A stretch of DNA of 36,588 bases, from positions 1 through 36,588 of the forward strand of contig JANLHF010000016.1 of NCBI GenBank assembly GCA_024653825.1, given 5' to 3'. Made by a program: the position numbers and the translations under genes. The notes beneath the pieces were generated by a model. The model worked only from the letters and a program-made list of their open reading frames with translations. It was not told the DNA's origin and ran no database searches. This document shows positions 18,881-27,046 of this stretch, in pieces. The DNA comes from Patescibacteria group bacterium (GTDB lineage: Bacteria > Patescibacteriota > Minisyncoccia > Phycocordibacterales > Phycocordibacteraceae). Within the stretch, counting starts at the first letter, position 1. Every line of letters starts with the position of its first letter.

Positions 18881-19837
18881 ATGAGAATCACGACGTGGGG
18901 TACCCGCGGTTCGATGCCCGTCTCTTCGCCGGCCAGAGTGAAGCACGGTGGCAATACGACCTGCGTACAGATTCAGTCGGGCTGCATACCGGGCAACATG
19001 GTGCTCGTGATTGACTCGGGGACGGGAATCTTCCCCTGCTCCGCGCAGTACATCGCGATAAAACCGCGTCTCGCAATTCTACAGACGCACTGGCACAAGG
19101 ATCATCTCGACGGTTTGACCATGGCTCCGCACGCACACGCAGACCACGCTCGCGTGTCCGTGTACGGTCCTGAAGAGAACGGCTTCGGCCCAACTGAAGC
19201 AATGAAATGGCTCTTTCAGAAGCCCATATTCCCGCGAGAGTTCGCACAGATTGAGCATCGGTTCACCTGTACCACGCTTGGTAATCCGGGCAACCGGGTG
19301 ATCGTCGTTCATCCGAAGGCGGGCATCAACCTGATCACCATGGCGGAATACCTGACGGCAGGCACGAACAAGCAGCTGCATCTGGGCGACCAGTGGCACG
19401 ATGCAGCCGAGTGCATGATCATTACCATGTACAAAACGGCGCATCCCGACTTCGCAATCTCGTACCGCGTTGTCGAGAACCCAACGGGCAAGGTGTTCGT
19501 CTTCGTGACCGATCACGAGAAGCAGGCCGAGCATTCAAAGGACCTGCTCGACCACGTACGCGACGCTGACGTCTTGATCCAAGACGCCCAATACACCGAA
19601 GAGGTGTACGCCACGCGGACCGCAGGCTTCGGCCACGGCACGGCACATTACTGCGTCGAGGTGGCCATTCGAGCCAAGGCGAAGAAGTTGTATCTGACGC
19701 ATCACGACCCGATGGCGACCGACGAAGACATCGACCATATGGTCGAAGACGCGTGGTGGTTCGCGAGGAACATCATCGAACCGCTCTCGCTTCTCAAGAT
19801 CGAAGCCGCCTCAGACTATATGAAAATCGAGGTCTGA
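18881..19837 (+). CDS. MBL-fold metallo-hydrolase (RNase Z/phosphodiesterase-like subgroup)
   Basis: WGTRGS, GGNTTCV, DSGTG, THWHKDH, TDHE, DAQY, GHGT, HHDP; GGAGG SD. Confidence 0.9.
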   Translation: MRITTWGTRGSMPVSSPARVKHGGNTTCVQIQSGCIPGNMVLVIDSGTGIFPCSAQYIAIKPRLAILQTHWHKDHLDGLTMAPHAHADHARVSVYGPEENGFGPTEAMKWLFQKPIFPREFAQIEHRFTCTTLGNPGNRVIVVHPKAGINLITMAEYLTAGTNKQLHLGDQWHDAAECMIITMYKTAHPDFAISYRVVENPTGKVFVFVTDHEKQAEHSKDLLDHVRDADVLIQDAQYTEEVYATRTAGFGHGTAHYCVEVAIRAKAKKLYLTHHDPMATDEDIDHMVEDAWWFARNIIEPLSLLKIEAASDYMKIEV

Positions 19838-19845
19838 CTTCCCTC

Positions 19846-19882
19846 TCGCCGCGTTCCACAACGGAACGTGGCGATTTCTTTT
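19846..19882 (+). terminator. Intrinsic terminator between convergent genes
   Basis: TCGCCGCGTTCC-ACAAC-GGAACGTGGCGA-TTTCTTTT. Confidence 0.75.
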
Positions 19883-20252
19883 AGCCGATAAAGAAGAAGT
19901 AGACGCCGGCAACGAGAATGATGATGCCGTAAAGATTGACCGACTCTAGGAACTTTTTTGTAACCATTTTGTGAAGCACCTCAGGAGCGAGGATATACAT
20001 AACGCCCTTAGCAAGAGTCAGCCACAAGAGGATAGTGACAAGCGTGCGCCAAGTGCCGTCCCAAATATTGTTTTGGAGCAGGAACACGGTTGACAGAAAG
20101 ATGAGCATCGCACCGGCAAGATACATAATGGCCGGATGATCAAAGAGGTCTTTGAGTATATTTGCGAGCGTTTTACCGCGAAACATAAGAAAGAGGCCAC
20201 TGACAATGAAATACACTCCTAATACTTTGGCGACAAGCAACGGAATTTCCAT
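19881..20252 (-). CDS. Four-TM membrane protein, unknown function
   Basis: Four hydrophobic segments, NIWDG.W.LVT..W..L.KG pattern. Confidence 0.8.
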   Translation of the reverse strand: MEIPLLVAKVLGVYFIVSGLFLMFRGKTLANILKDLFDHPAIMYLAGAMLIFLSTVFLLQNNIWDGTWRTLVTILLWLTLAKGVMYILAPEVLHKMVTKKFLESVNLYGIIILVAGVYFFFIG

Positions 20253-20339
20253 AATGAATCAATAATGACTAATGAATATATGGTACCACTCTTCCCCGTG
20301 GTCAATCTGCCGCGTTTGGGAAAGCGCGACGCCAGTATT

Positions 20340-20711
20340 TCACTTTTTTTTAAAATCTAGGCAGACGGAGTTGATACAATATCGCTTACCACCCGCCTCT
20401 GCGGGGCCATCATCAAAGACGTGCCCGAGGTGCGCCCCACAGGTCTTGCACACAACTTCCGTGCGCGCCATGCCAAGACTTGTGTCTTGTTTCAGTTCAA
20501 CGTGCTCCAAATTAACCGGGTCGGTAAAGCTTGGCCAGCCAGTACCGGAATCAAACTTTGTGTCGGACGAGAAAAGTTCCGCCCCACATACTGCGCACTT
20601 ATAGGTGCCATTCTCATGATTGTTCACGTATGTGCCAGTAAACGGCATCTCGGTCCCGCCCTCGCGCGCGACACGACGGAGTTCCGGCGAGAGTTCTTCG
20701 TCTTTTTTCAT
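20340..20711 (-). CDS. msrB: Peptide methionine-(R)-sulfoxide reductase
   Basis: GTE.PF.G.Y, CxxC twice, KFDSGTGWPSF, HLGHVFDDGP, RYCINS. Confidence 0.97.
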   Translation of the reverse strand: MKKDEELSPELRRVAREGGTEMPFTGTYVNNHENGTYKCAVCGAELFSSDTKFDSGTGWPSFTDPVNLEHVELKQDTSLGMARTEVVCKTCGAHLGHVFDDGPAEAGGKRYCINSVCLDFKKK

Positions 20712-21253
20712 GGTGTTTTATTAGATTTAAGTAATTCAGCAAATTCTTTCTGCACTTTCTCCACCTTGGGATTAATGACAAGGTTGCAGTACGCCTTCTC
20801 GGGGTTGCGTGCGAAGTAATTGCGATGGTCGGGCTCCGCCTCGTAGAACGCAGTTAAGGGCTGCACCTCCGTTACGACGCGCCCGCCCTCCTTTGATGAT
20901 GCATCTATTTCGCGAATGAACGCCTCCGCCTCTTCTTTCTGCGCGGGCGTCGTATAAAGAATGATGGATCGATATTGCGTGCCGACATCGTTTCCCTGCC
21001 GGTTGAGCGTTGTCGGGTCATGCGTCGCGAAGAATACTGTCATAAGCGTACGGAATGACACTTTCGCCGGGTCGTACATTATCCGCGTCACCTCTGCGTG
21101 TCCAGTATCGCCGGTACACACTCGCTCATACGTCGGGTTCGGCGTCGTCCCGCCTGCATAGCCGGGTATAACCGACTCTACACCGTCCAGCATGGTGAAT
21201 ACTGCCTCGGTACACCAGAAGCAACCACCACCAAATACTGCAATTTCTTTCAT
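20708..21253 (-). CDS. msrA: Peptide methionine-(S)-sulfoxide reductase
   Basis: GGGCFWCTEA, GYAGG, TGHAEV, HDPTTLNRQGNDVGTQYRS, YC. Confidence 0.97.
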   Translation of the reverse strand: MKEIAVFGGGCFWCTEAVFTMLDGVESVIPGYAGGTTPNPTYERVCTGDTGHAEVTRIMYDPAKVSFRTLMTVFFATHDPTTLNRQGNDVGTQYRSIILYTTPAQKEEAEAFIREIDASSKEGGRVVTEVQPLTAFYEAEPDHRNYFARNPEKAYCNLVINPKVEKVQKEFAELLKSNKTP

Positions 21254-21271
21254 AAGAATATGGTACTACGT

Positions 21272-22360
21272 TTAGCCGAAGGTAAATGCGTACAGACGCA
21301 ATCCCTTCCCTTTTACATTCAGCTTGAGCACGTGCTCACCGGCCTGCGGGTTGCGTATCAGTTTGTAGAGCCGACTTTCTTTCATAACAACGACGCCTCC
21401 CGACACATCTTCGCCGCCCGCATCTCCAACCGGCATGCCGTCTTGCAGGACTTCAACTGAGATGGCCGTGTCCGCTTCAGCAACGATGTATACGTTTTTC
21501 GCATTGTAGCGGTACACCGCGGAAGCGCTTGAAACCGATTCAGCATACTCGGGAGCGATGCTCCACGTCCCGCCGAGGTACAACACGTTTGGCGAAGACG
21601 TCTGCGGCAATGAGAACGTCTGCTCACCTGCGCGCCCCGGTGTCCCGTTTGCGAGGTATCTGTTCCGGGAGGAACCGAAGTACGTCTCAGGACTTTCCGC
21701 GGCAGTGATTTCCGCTGGCATCTCTGAGACGGCGAGCGCACTGTCCGTCGCCGGTGCATTCATACCAAGCACCTGCGCACGTTCGGCGAGCAGTTCGCGA
21801 ATCTTCATCTCGGTCTCCTCGTAGGAACCTTCACCGATATGGTCGTAGACGACGTTGCCATAGATATCGATGATGTACTTACGCGGCCAGTACTGATTGC
21901 CGTACGCATTCCACGTCGCGTAGTCATTATCAAGCACAATCGGATAGGTAATGCCGAATGTCTTCATTGCCTTACGCACGTTGTCGATATCCTTTTCAAA
22001 TGCAAATTCCGGCGTATGGATACCGATAATCTCGAGCCCCTGATCTTTATATGTTGCATACAACGCCTTCATATACGGGAACGTACGTTGACAGTTGATA
22101 CAGCTGTAGGTCAGGAAATCTACCACAATTACCTTCTTGCCGACGAGCTCTTTAATGGTGACGCCGTCGGTGTTTACGAACCCGGATGGATTTACTATTT
22201 CCGTATACGGGACGCCCGTGGATACCGCTTTCGTCTGTGCACCGGTAGGAGAGAGTGCTGATCCTTGCTGTACCGGCGCGGGCGACGCGAGAAACAGGAA
22301 CAGAAGTCCGACGACGACGACGCCAGACACAATCGCACTAATAGTATATTCTGCTTTCAT
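21272..22360 (-). CDS. Membrane-anchored thioredoxin-like protein (DipZ C-terminal type)
   Basis: N-terminal TM, DFLTYSCINCQRT, GIHTPEFAFEK, NQYWP, GEG.Y, SPETYFG, C-terminal YAFTFG. Confidence 0.92.
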   Translation of the reverse strand: MKAEYTISAIVSGVVVVGLLFLFLASPAPVQQGSALSPTGAQTKAVSTGVPYTEIVNPSGFVNTDGVTIKELVGKKVIVVDFLTYSCINCQRTFPYMKALYATYKDQGLEIIGIHTPEFAFEKDIDNVRKAMKTFGITYPIVLDNDYATWNAYGNQYWPRKYIIDIYGNVVYDHIGEGSYEETEMKIRELLAERAQVLGMNAPATDSALAVSEMPAEITAAESPETYFGSSRNRYLANGTPGRAGEQTFSLPQTSSPNVLYLGGTWSIAPEYAESVSSASAVYRYNAKNVYIVAEADTAISVEVLQDGMPVGDAGGEDVSGGVVVMKESRLYKLIRNPQAGEHVLKLNVKGKGLRLYAFTFG

Positions 22361-22363
22361 AAT

Positions 22364-23089
22364 TTATTTCACTTTCTCTAATAAGAGCTGTTCGAACTTG
22401 GTAACATCCGGGAAACCGACATCAAGAATCAGAATTTCGAGCCTCTTCTCGTAGCCAGTGATAATCAATAATCCAAGAATGACGAAGAGGATGCCGATGC
22501 CGCGTTTAAGATACCCTCGCGAGTCGGACACCCTCGTCAGACGGTCAGCGAAACGCTGTCCGAGAAGCGCGATGAGCAAGAGGACGAGCGCGAGGCCGAT
22601 AACATACGCGAGGATATACGCGGTCCCGAGCGCAAACGATACGGGAAGTACCGACGCGAGAATAACGAAGTAGGTCGGCGAACAAGTAGCAAACACGGGG
22701 CCCAAACCTGCACCGATGAGCATGTCACCGAGAACGCTCTTACGCTGGTAGCCACTGCCAACGAGCTTATTTGAACCGGCTGACATCTTCGCAATGCCGG
22801 GAATCCTCTCCCAGAGCGACGGGAAGATGAGCGTGAGACCGAAAAACAGAACAATGCCACCGGAGAGATACGCCCAGAATTGCGGCGGCACCATAATGAA
22901 TACGGTGGACACTTTCAAGAGATACGTGAAGACGATGACCGAGAGAGCTAGAGACCCCACCACAATATAGGGAGTCGCACGGCTTCTTCCCGAAGCCGAA
23001 GTCCCTATGACAACCGGTAAGAGCGGTAGTACGCAGGGTGCGAGTACCGTTAACACGCCCGCGATGAATGAGACGAAAAGGAGCGTCAT
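22364..23089 (-). CDS. CcdA/DsbD-family membrane electron transporter
   Basis: AGVLTVLAPCVLPLLP and G.GPVFATCSP Cys pair; 6 TM. Confidence 0.9.
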   Translation of the reverse strand: MTLLFVSFIAGVLTVLAPCVLPLLPVVIGTSASGRSRATPYIVVGSLALSVIVFTYLLKVSTVFIMVPPQFWAYLSGGIVLFFGLTLIFPSLWERIPGIAKMSAGSNKLVGSGYQRKSVLGDMLIGAGLGPVFATCSPTYFVILASVLPVSFALGTAYILAYVIGLALVLLLIALLGQRFADRLTRVSDSRGYLKRGIGILFVILGLLIITGYEKRLEILILDVGFPDVTKFEQLLLEKVK

Positions 23090-23090
23090 G

Positions 23091-23306
23091 CTACTGCACT
23101 GCGCCCTCGTCCTGCATCATGGCGTCCGTGCCGGTCGCCACCATCATTTCATCCACGGGATTCACCATCGTATCGCCGGCGGGCACCATCATGGAATTGT
23201 CCTGTTGCATTATTGCGTCGCTGTCCGCGTCGCGCGGAGCAAACATCGCCCATCCCGCCCAGCCCAAGAGGATAACTGCTGCACCGATAATAAACGTCTT
23301 TGTCAT
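23091..23306 (-). CDS. Small membrane-anchored methionine-rich acidic peptide (71 aa)
   Basis: TM/signal segment, then an acidic tail with MM pairs; 10 Met in 71 aa; stop 1 nt before the ccdA start. Confidence 0.75.
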   Translation of the reverse strand: MTKTFIIGAAVILLGWAGWAMFAPRDADSDAIMQQDNSMMVPAGDTMVNPVDEMMVATGTDAMMQDEGAVQ

Positions 23307-23330
23307 GTTTGATTGATTACGTGATAATTA

Positions 23331-23385
23331 AAAACTATGTCCCCAGTATAGAGGGCATAGTTTTAGATGTAAAGTCGGTTTTACA
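23331..23385 (-). promoter_or_regulatory. Sigma70 promoter TTTACA-17-TATACT with operator palindrome on the -35 and a hairpin around the -10
   Basis: TGTAAA-N6-TTTACA at 23368-23385; AAAACTATG..CATAGTTTT inverted repeat at 23331-23364. Confidence 0.65.
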
Positions 23386-23389
23386 CGGC

Positions 23390-23752
23390 TTAGAGATAGC
23401 GCTCGGCGTAGAGACGCGCGGCAAGCTTTGAGATGACCATAACTCCAAGTGCGATAGAGATCCACGGGTCAATCGCATGCGCGAGCCCTTGTGCGATAAG
23501 AGCAATGGTCAATACTGTGATGCCAGAGAGGTAGGCGACGCGTCCTGCATGCATGGTATGAAGGGCTTCACGTTCGTCACTAGATCGTTCGTACAATACG
23601 AATCCAGCCCACAGGCATGCAAGTGCCGCAGCCGCAAGAAGCGCGATCATCTGTGCCTTCGCAGGCATCCATAACATAAACGGGTCGGAGAGAAGTATGA
23701 GTAGGACGACGAGTACCGCAGCTGTACTGATGTACGAGAGTTTATTTGCCAT
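23390..23752 (-). CDS. Four-TM membrane protein (DUF2178-like)
   Basis: DERE..H...AGRVAY motif between TM pairs; start overlaps the XRE stop. Confidence 0.82.
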   Translation of the reverse strand: MANKLSYISTAAVLVVLLILLSDPFMLWMPAKAQMIALLAAAALACLWAGFVLYERSSDEREALHTMHAGRVAYLSGITVLTIALIAQGLAHAIDPWISIALGVMVISKLAARLYAERYL

Positions 23753-23954
23753 AGGAAATGCGAAAGACATCCTCCACAGAGACCTTACATGCCGCGGCTA
23801 TTTTGAGCGCGAGCAGAACCGAGGGAGTGTAGTGCCCTTTCTCAATAGAGATGACCGTCTGACGGGTAACGCCAACTTTGTCCGCAAACGCTTCTTGGGT
23901 CAATCCTTTTTGAGTACGCAAGGTATACACGGAATTAGTGATATGTTCGGCCAT
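23742..23954 (-). CDS. XRE-family HTH transcriptional regulator
   Basis: LR.QKGLTQEAFADKVGVTRQTVISIEKGHYTPSVLLALKIA..VEDVF. Confidence 0.93.
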   Translation of the reverse strand: MAEHITNSVYTLRTQKGLTQEAFADKVGVTRQTVISIEKGHYTPSVLLALKIAAACKVSVEDVFRISYGK

Positions 23955-23991
23955 GCAGGTGCGAATAGTGCTTCTGTATTCTGTAATATAC

Positions 23992-24032
23992 ATGATAAAT
24001 GCCGTCCGACAGATTGTCAAATCGTCTTTACA
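23992..24032 (-). promoter_or_regulatory. Sigma70 promoter TTGACA-17-TATCAT with operator palindrome
   Basis: Minus strand TGTAAA-GACGAT-TTGACA-17nt-TATCAT upstream of the XRE gene. Confidence 0.7.
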
Positions 24033-24066
24033 TAATCAGCGCTTGATGCAAATCTAATATTCGTTC

Positions 24067-24792
24067 TCAAGTCGCCAAATAGTGCTTGAGCGTATATATC
24101 CAATCCGCCTCCGTCGCCGGATTCTTCTCCTTCTCTCCGAGCAACCACTCCAGATACTTCCGGTCGGTTGTTGCCACTTCCTCCAACTTCTTACCGCTAT
24201 ATTTCCCGAAACGGATGGTAGTGAAGAGGAGCGGGCGTGCCGATATCGCGAGCATCGCGTCGAGTGCCGCTTCCTCAGTACCATGTCGCTCCTTCATCTT
24301 CTCGGCGAGACGCCCAAAGAGCGCCTCTAGCACGAGCACGTCGCCAAGCGCGTCGTGTGCCTCGGCCTCGGCCTCGACGTCGAGATCGAGCAGATAGCGC
24401 AAATATTGGAGACGATAATTCGGCATGACGTCATCTGGGTCGAGCGCGTAGGCGAGCTTATAGGTGCAGATGGAGCGCTTCGGGACGACGCCCTCGCGTG
24501 CGAGCATCGCGAGATCAAAGGCAGCGTTGTGCGCGACGACGACCGTGTCCTCATGTTCCAATAAATCTTTCAGCCCAGAATATTCAGCCGCGTCCTTAAA
24601 CAACGGACGCTTGGCGACCATCCGCTCCGTGATGTGATGAATCGCCATCGATTCTATAGATATCGGCACCGGCGGCTTGTACGTGGCATCCACGAGGGGT
24701 TCGTCCACAAAGCGATCCTTCATCGCCAGCTGACAGAGCCGATCTTTATCACTGTTCCCCGTCGTCTCCGTGTCCAAAAAAATAATCCTCAT
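24067..24792 (-). CDS. DEDDh 3'-5' exonuclease (exonuclease X-like) with C-terminal FGKY domain
   Basis: FLDTETTG, AHNAAFD, HDALGDV, FGKYSGK..YLEWL; start 24792 lies 6 nt after TACAAT. Confidence 0.92.
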   Translation of the reverse strand: MRIIFLDTETTGNSDKDRLCQLAMKDRFVDEPLVDATYKPPVPISIESMAIHHITERMVAKRPLFKDAAEYSGLKDLLEHEDTVVVAHNAAFDLAMLAREGVVPKRSICTYKLAYALDPDDVMPNYRLQYLRYLLDLDVEAEAEAHDALGDVLVLEALFGRLAEKMKERHGTEEAALDAMLAISARPLLFTTIRFGKYSGKKLEEVATTDRKYLEWLLGEKEKNPATEADWIYTLKHYLAT

Positions 24793-24853
24793 AATGCCAT
24801 TGTACCGCACCCCTGCGAGGGTTTTGTAAATACCTACATGGGCTATGAGGGAT

Positions 24854-24880
24854 AAAAAGAACGCCCCCGGAGGGGGCGTT
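24854..24880 (-). terminator. Intrinsic terminator after the response regulator gene
   Basis: AACGCCCCC-TCC-GGGGGCGTT-CTTTTT on minus strand. Confidence 0.8.
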
Positions 24881-24896
24881 GTAGCACAGTACTCGC

Positions 24897-26051
24897 TTAC
24901 TTCGCGAAACGGCGCTTTGCCGCTTTGATGCCCATCCAGATGAGCATGCCGAATCCCACAAACGGGAGCGCGATGATATACGCGAGTCCGATGAACGGAG
25001 CAATGAAGAAGAGTGCAATATCCTTGATGCGAGTCGCGGCTCTCTCCGACATTCCGCACCGGACCAGTTCCCGCACGCCCATATACGAAAGCGCGCCCAG
25101 CCCGACGAACGGGAAGGTGATGACGTAGACGAGTCCGATGAACGGCGCCGTGAAGAACATCAGGATGTTCTTCAGATACTCGCCAATCGTCGCCGGCTCG
25201 CTTACAGCCTTCGCCGACTCGACCTTTTTCTCCACAGTCGTTTCCATCCGGAGGACGGCCTTCTGGGCCCCCGCCCTTATCGTCCCGAGTGAGAATGCTT
25301 CTCCTTCGGGCCCACGAGTCGCTGCCTCGTCGACGCCAAGACCAAAGGCTCGTCTCATCTCGCGCCAGCCCATCCAGGCGAGTATACCGAGTCCGGCTAT
25401 GGGCAGAGTGGCAAGATATGCGAGCTCCAGCAGTGGGGCGAGAGAGAGGAATGCGACGTTCCGCAGGAACCAGGCAAGACTGCTTGGCATTCCGCGCTTC
25501 ACGAGACCTTCTTCGCCCATCGCGCCGAGCATATCAAGCCCTTCGAGCGGGAGCGTGATCGTGTGCGCCAGCCCGACGAACGGAGCTGCAAAATAGAGTC
25601 TCACGTTCCGCGGGAAGACGATGATCCTCTCCGGTATTCCTTCTGCCTTGGCTTCAAGAGCCTCGGGGGCCGGAGCAACAGACGCTTCGCCCTTCTCGAG
25701 AGCATCTTTGGTGCTTCGCTCGATGACGTCGGGAGAGAGCGGCTTGTCGAGGAAGTCGGAAACACCCGCCGCCTCCGCCTGCTTCCTATTATCGTCGGAG
25801 CCGTAGCCCGTGATGATAACGACCGGAAGCCAGGGCTGGCTCGCACGGATGCGCTGCGCCACTTCGATGCCGCTCATGCCGGGCATCTTGATGTCGGCGA
25901 ATACGACGTCGTACTTCTCGTTCTTGATCTTCTCTAGGGCATCTTCCCCATCGTGGGCGGTTATCACCGCATATCCCTTACCGGAGAGAACTCCGCTGAA
26001 ACTTCTGCCGATCACCGGATCGTCGTCAACGACGAGAACCTTCTTCTGCAT
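24897..26051 (-). CDS. Response-regulator receiver domain fused to four hydrophobic repeats
   Basis: VLVVDDD, DIKMPGMSG, IITGYG, FLDKP; 4x (N/D)..(F)..APFIGL.Y...LP..GLG.L.WMG; AAGGAG SD. Confidence 0.88.
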   Translation of the reverse strand: MQKKVLVVDDDPVIGRSFSGVLSGKGYAVITAHDGEDALEKIKNEKYDVVFADIKMPGMSGIEVAQRIRASQPWLPVVIITGYGSDDNRKQAEAAGVSDFLDKPLSPDVIERSTKDALEKGEASVAPAPEALEAKAEGIPERIIVFPRNVRLYFAAPFVGLAHTITLPLEGLDMLGAMGEEGLVKRGMPSSLAWFLRNVAFLSLAPLLELAYLATLPIAGLGILAWMGWREMRRAFGLGVDEAATRGPEGEAFSLGTIRAGAQKAVLRMETTVEKKVESAKAVSEPATIGEYLKNILMFFTAPFIGLVYVITFPFVGLGALSYMGVRELVRCGMSERAATRIKDIALFFIAPFIGLAYIIALPFVGFGMLIWMGIKAAKRRFAK

Positions 26052-26145
26052 ACTCACAATTTTCTCCTTTCTCAAAATTACCAACGAGCTTGCTTCCGCC
26101 TATTATCATATCAAATATCCTGTCGCAAGATGTCACCCTATAGGC

Positions 26146-27024
26146 TTACATTTTATAGTATGCAAAGAGTGCGGTGACGCCAGCGAGATTCTTCTCCCAT
26201 TCAATCGCCTCATGCGTTGTGAGCTCAACGGTAATCGCCGGAACGCCGATGGAGGCAAGCCATCCCTCGGAATCGCCGTGGATGACATACGCATCAAAAA
26301 CCTTCACCGCCGTATACCCCGTCGCCTTTGCATAGACGTTCATAATCTCAAGCGTCTTCGGAAGGATGCCGTTGTTGCACTCCGAAGCGTACACGGAACC
26401 TGATTTACTGTGTAGAAATATCATTGCCTCCGGACTGTTGTCCAACACGAAATCCCGAATCGCTTTCGCCTCGGGCTCCGAGAAGGGCGCCGTGCCGGCA
26501 CTCGTCACCTTCCCGAGGAAGGTGCTCGTCGCCTGCCAGTTACAGTCAAAGTTGCGGTTAAGGTCCACTGTGTCTGCGTTATAGCGTCCGGGCACGAGGT
26601 TGGTGCCGGTCGGCACATCCGCGAGCGTAAAGCGTCCGGTGATGCCGAGTGCCTTGTACACGCCGTCAGGGTTCGCATCAGGGATGACCGTGACTGAGAG
26701 ATTCGCCGGAATGATTTCGGGATGCTCCTCCAGATAATCCATAAGGTCATATGCGAGGAGTACACTGTTCAACTCGTATCCGCCGTGTATACCGCCGACG
26801 AATCCGAGACGTGTCGTTCCCGTCCCATAGGTATACGCGTCGATGGTGCGACCCTGGACCGATGAGCCGATGACGACATGTCTCGCGGATGTATCGAGCG
26901 CTTTAACTACCTCTGAAATGACGGGAGAAGGACTTCGCAGGAGATACGCGACGAGCGCGATACTCCCGCATATCGCGATAACCACTAATGCGACGACCGC
27001 CCGTCTTCTATTTGAATCGCTCAT
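26146..27024 (-). CDS. Membrane-anchored M14 zinc carboxypeptidase (MpaA-like), catalytic residues intact
   Basis: IG.SVQGR.I, GIHGGYE, NPDG, R.NA..VDLNRNF, PFSEPE, LHS, TVEL. Confidence 0.9.
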   Translation of the reverse strand: MSDSNRRRAVVALVVIAICGSIALVAYLLRSPSPVISEVVKALDTSARHVVIGSSVQGRTIDAYTYGTGTTRLGFVGGIHGGYELNSVLLAYDLMDYLEEHPEIIPANLSVTVIPDANPDGVYKALGITGRFTLADVPTGTNLVPGRYNADTVDLNRNFDCNWQATSTFLGKVTSAGTAPFSEPEAKAIRDFVLDNSPEAMIFLHSKSGSVYASECNNGILPKTLEIMNVYAKATGYTAVKVFDAYVIHGDSEGWLASIGVPAITVELTTHEAIEWEKNLAGVTALFAYYKM

Positions 27025-27046
27025 AGTTCGACAAACTCACTCTGGG

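Noticed and set aside
24358-24375. GAGGCC tandem repeat (EAEAEA) as a contingency locus
   Set aside because: Only about three in-frame units; too short to support phase variation.
24793-25059. 89 aa N-terminal extension of the exonuclease in the ORF track
   Set aside because: It overlaps the response regulator gene and its terminator; the DEDDh domain begins at 24792, right after a TACAAT -10.
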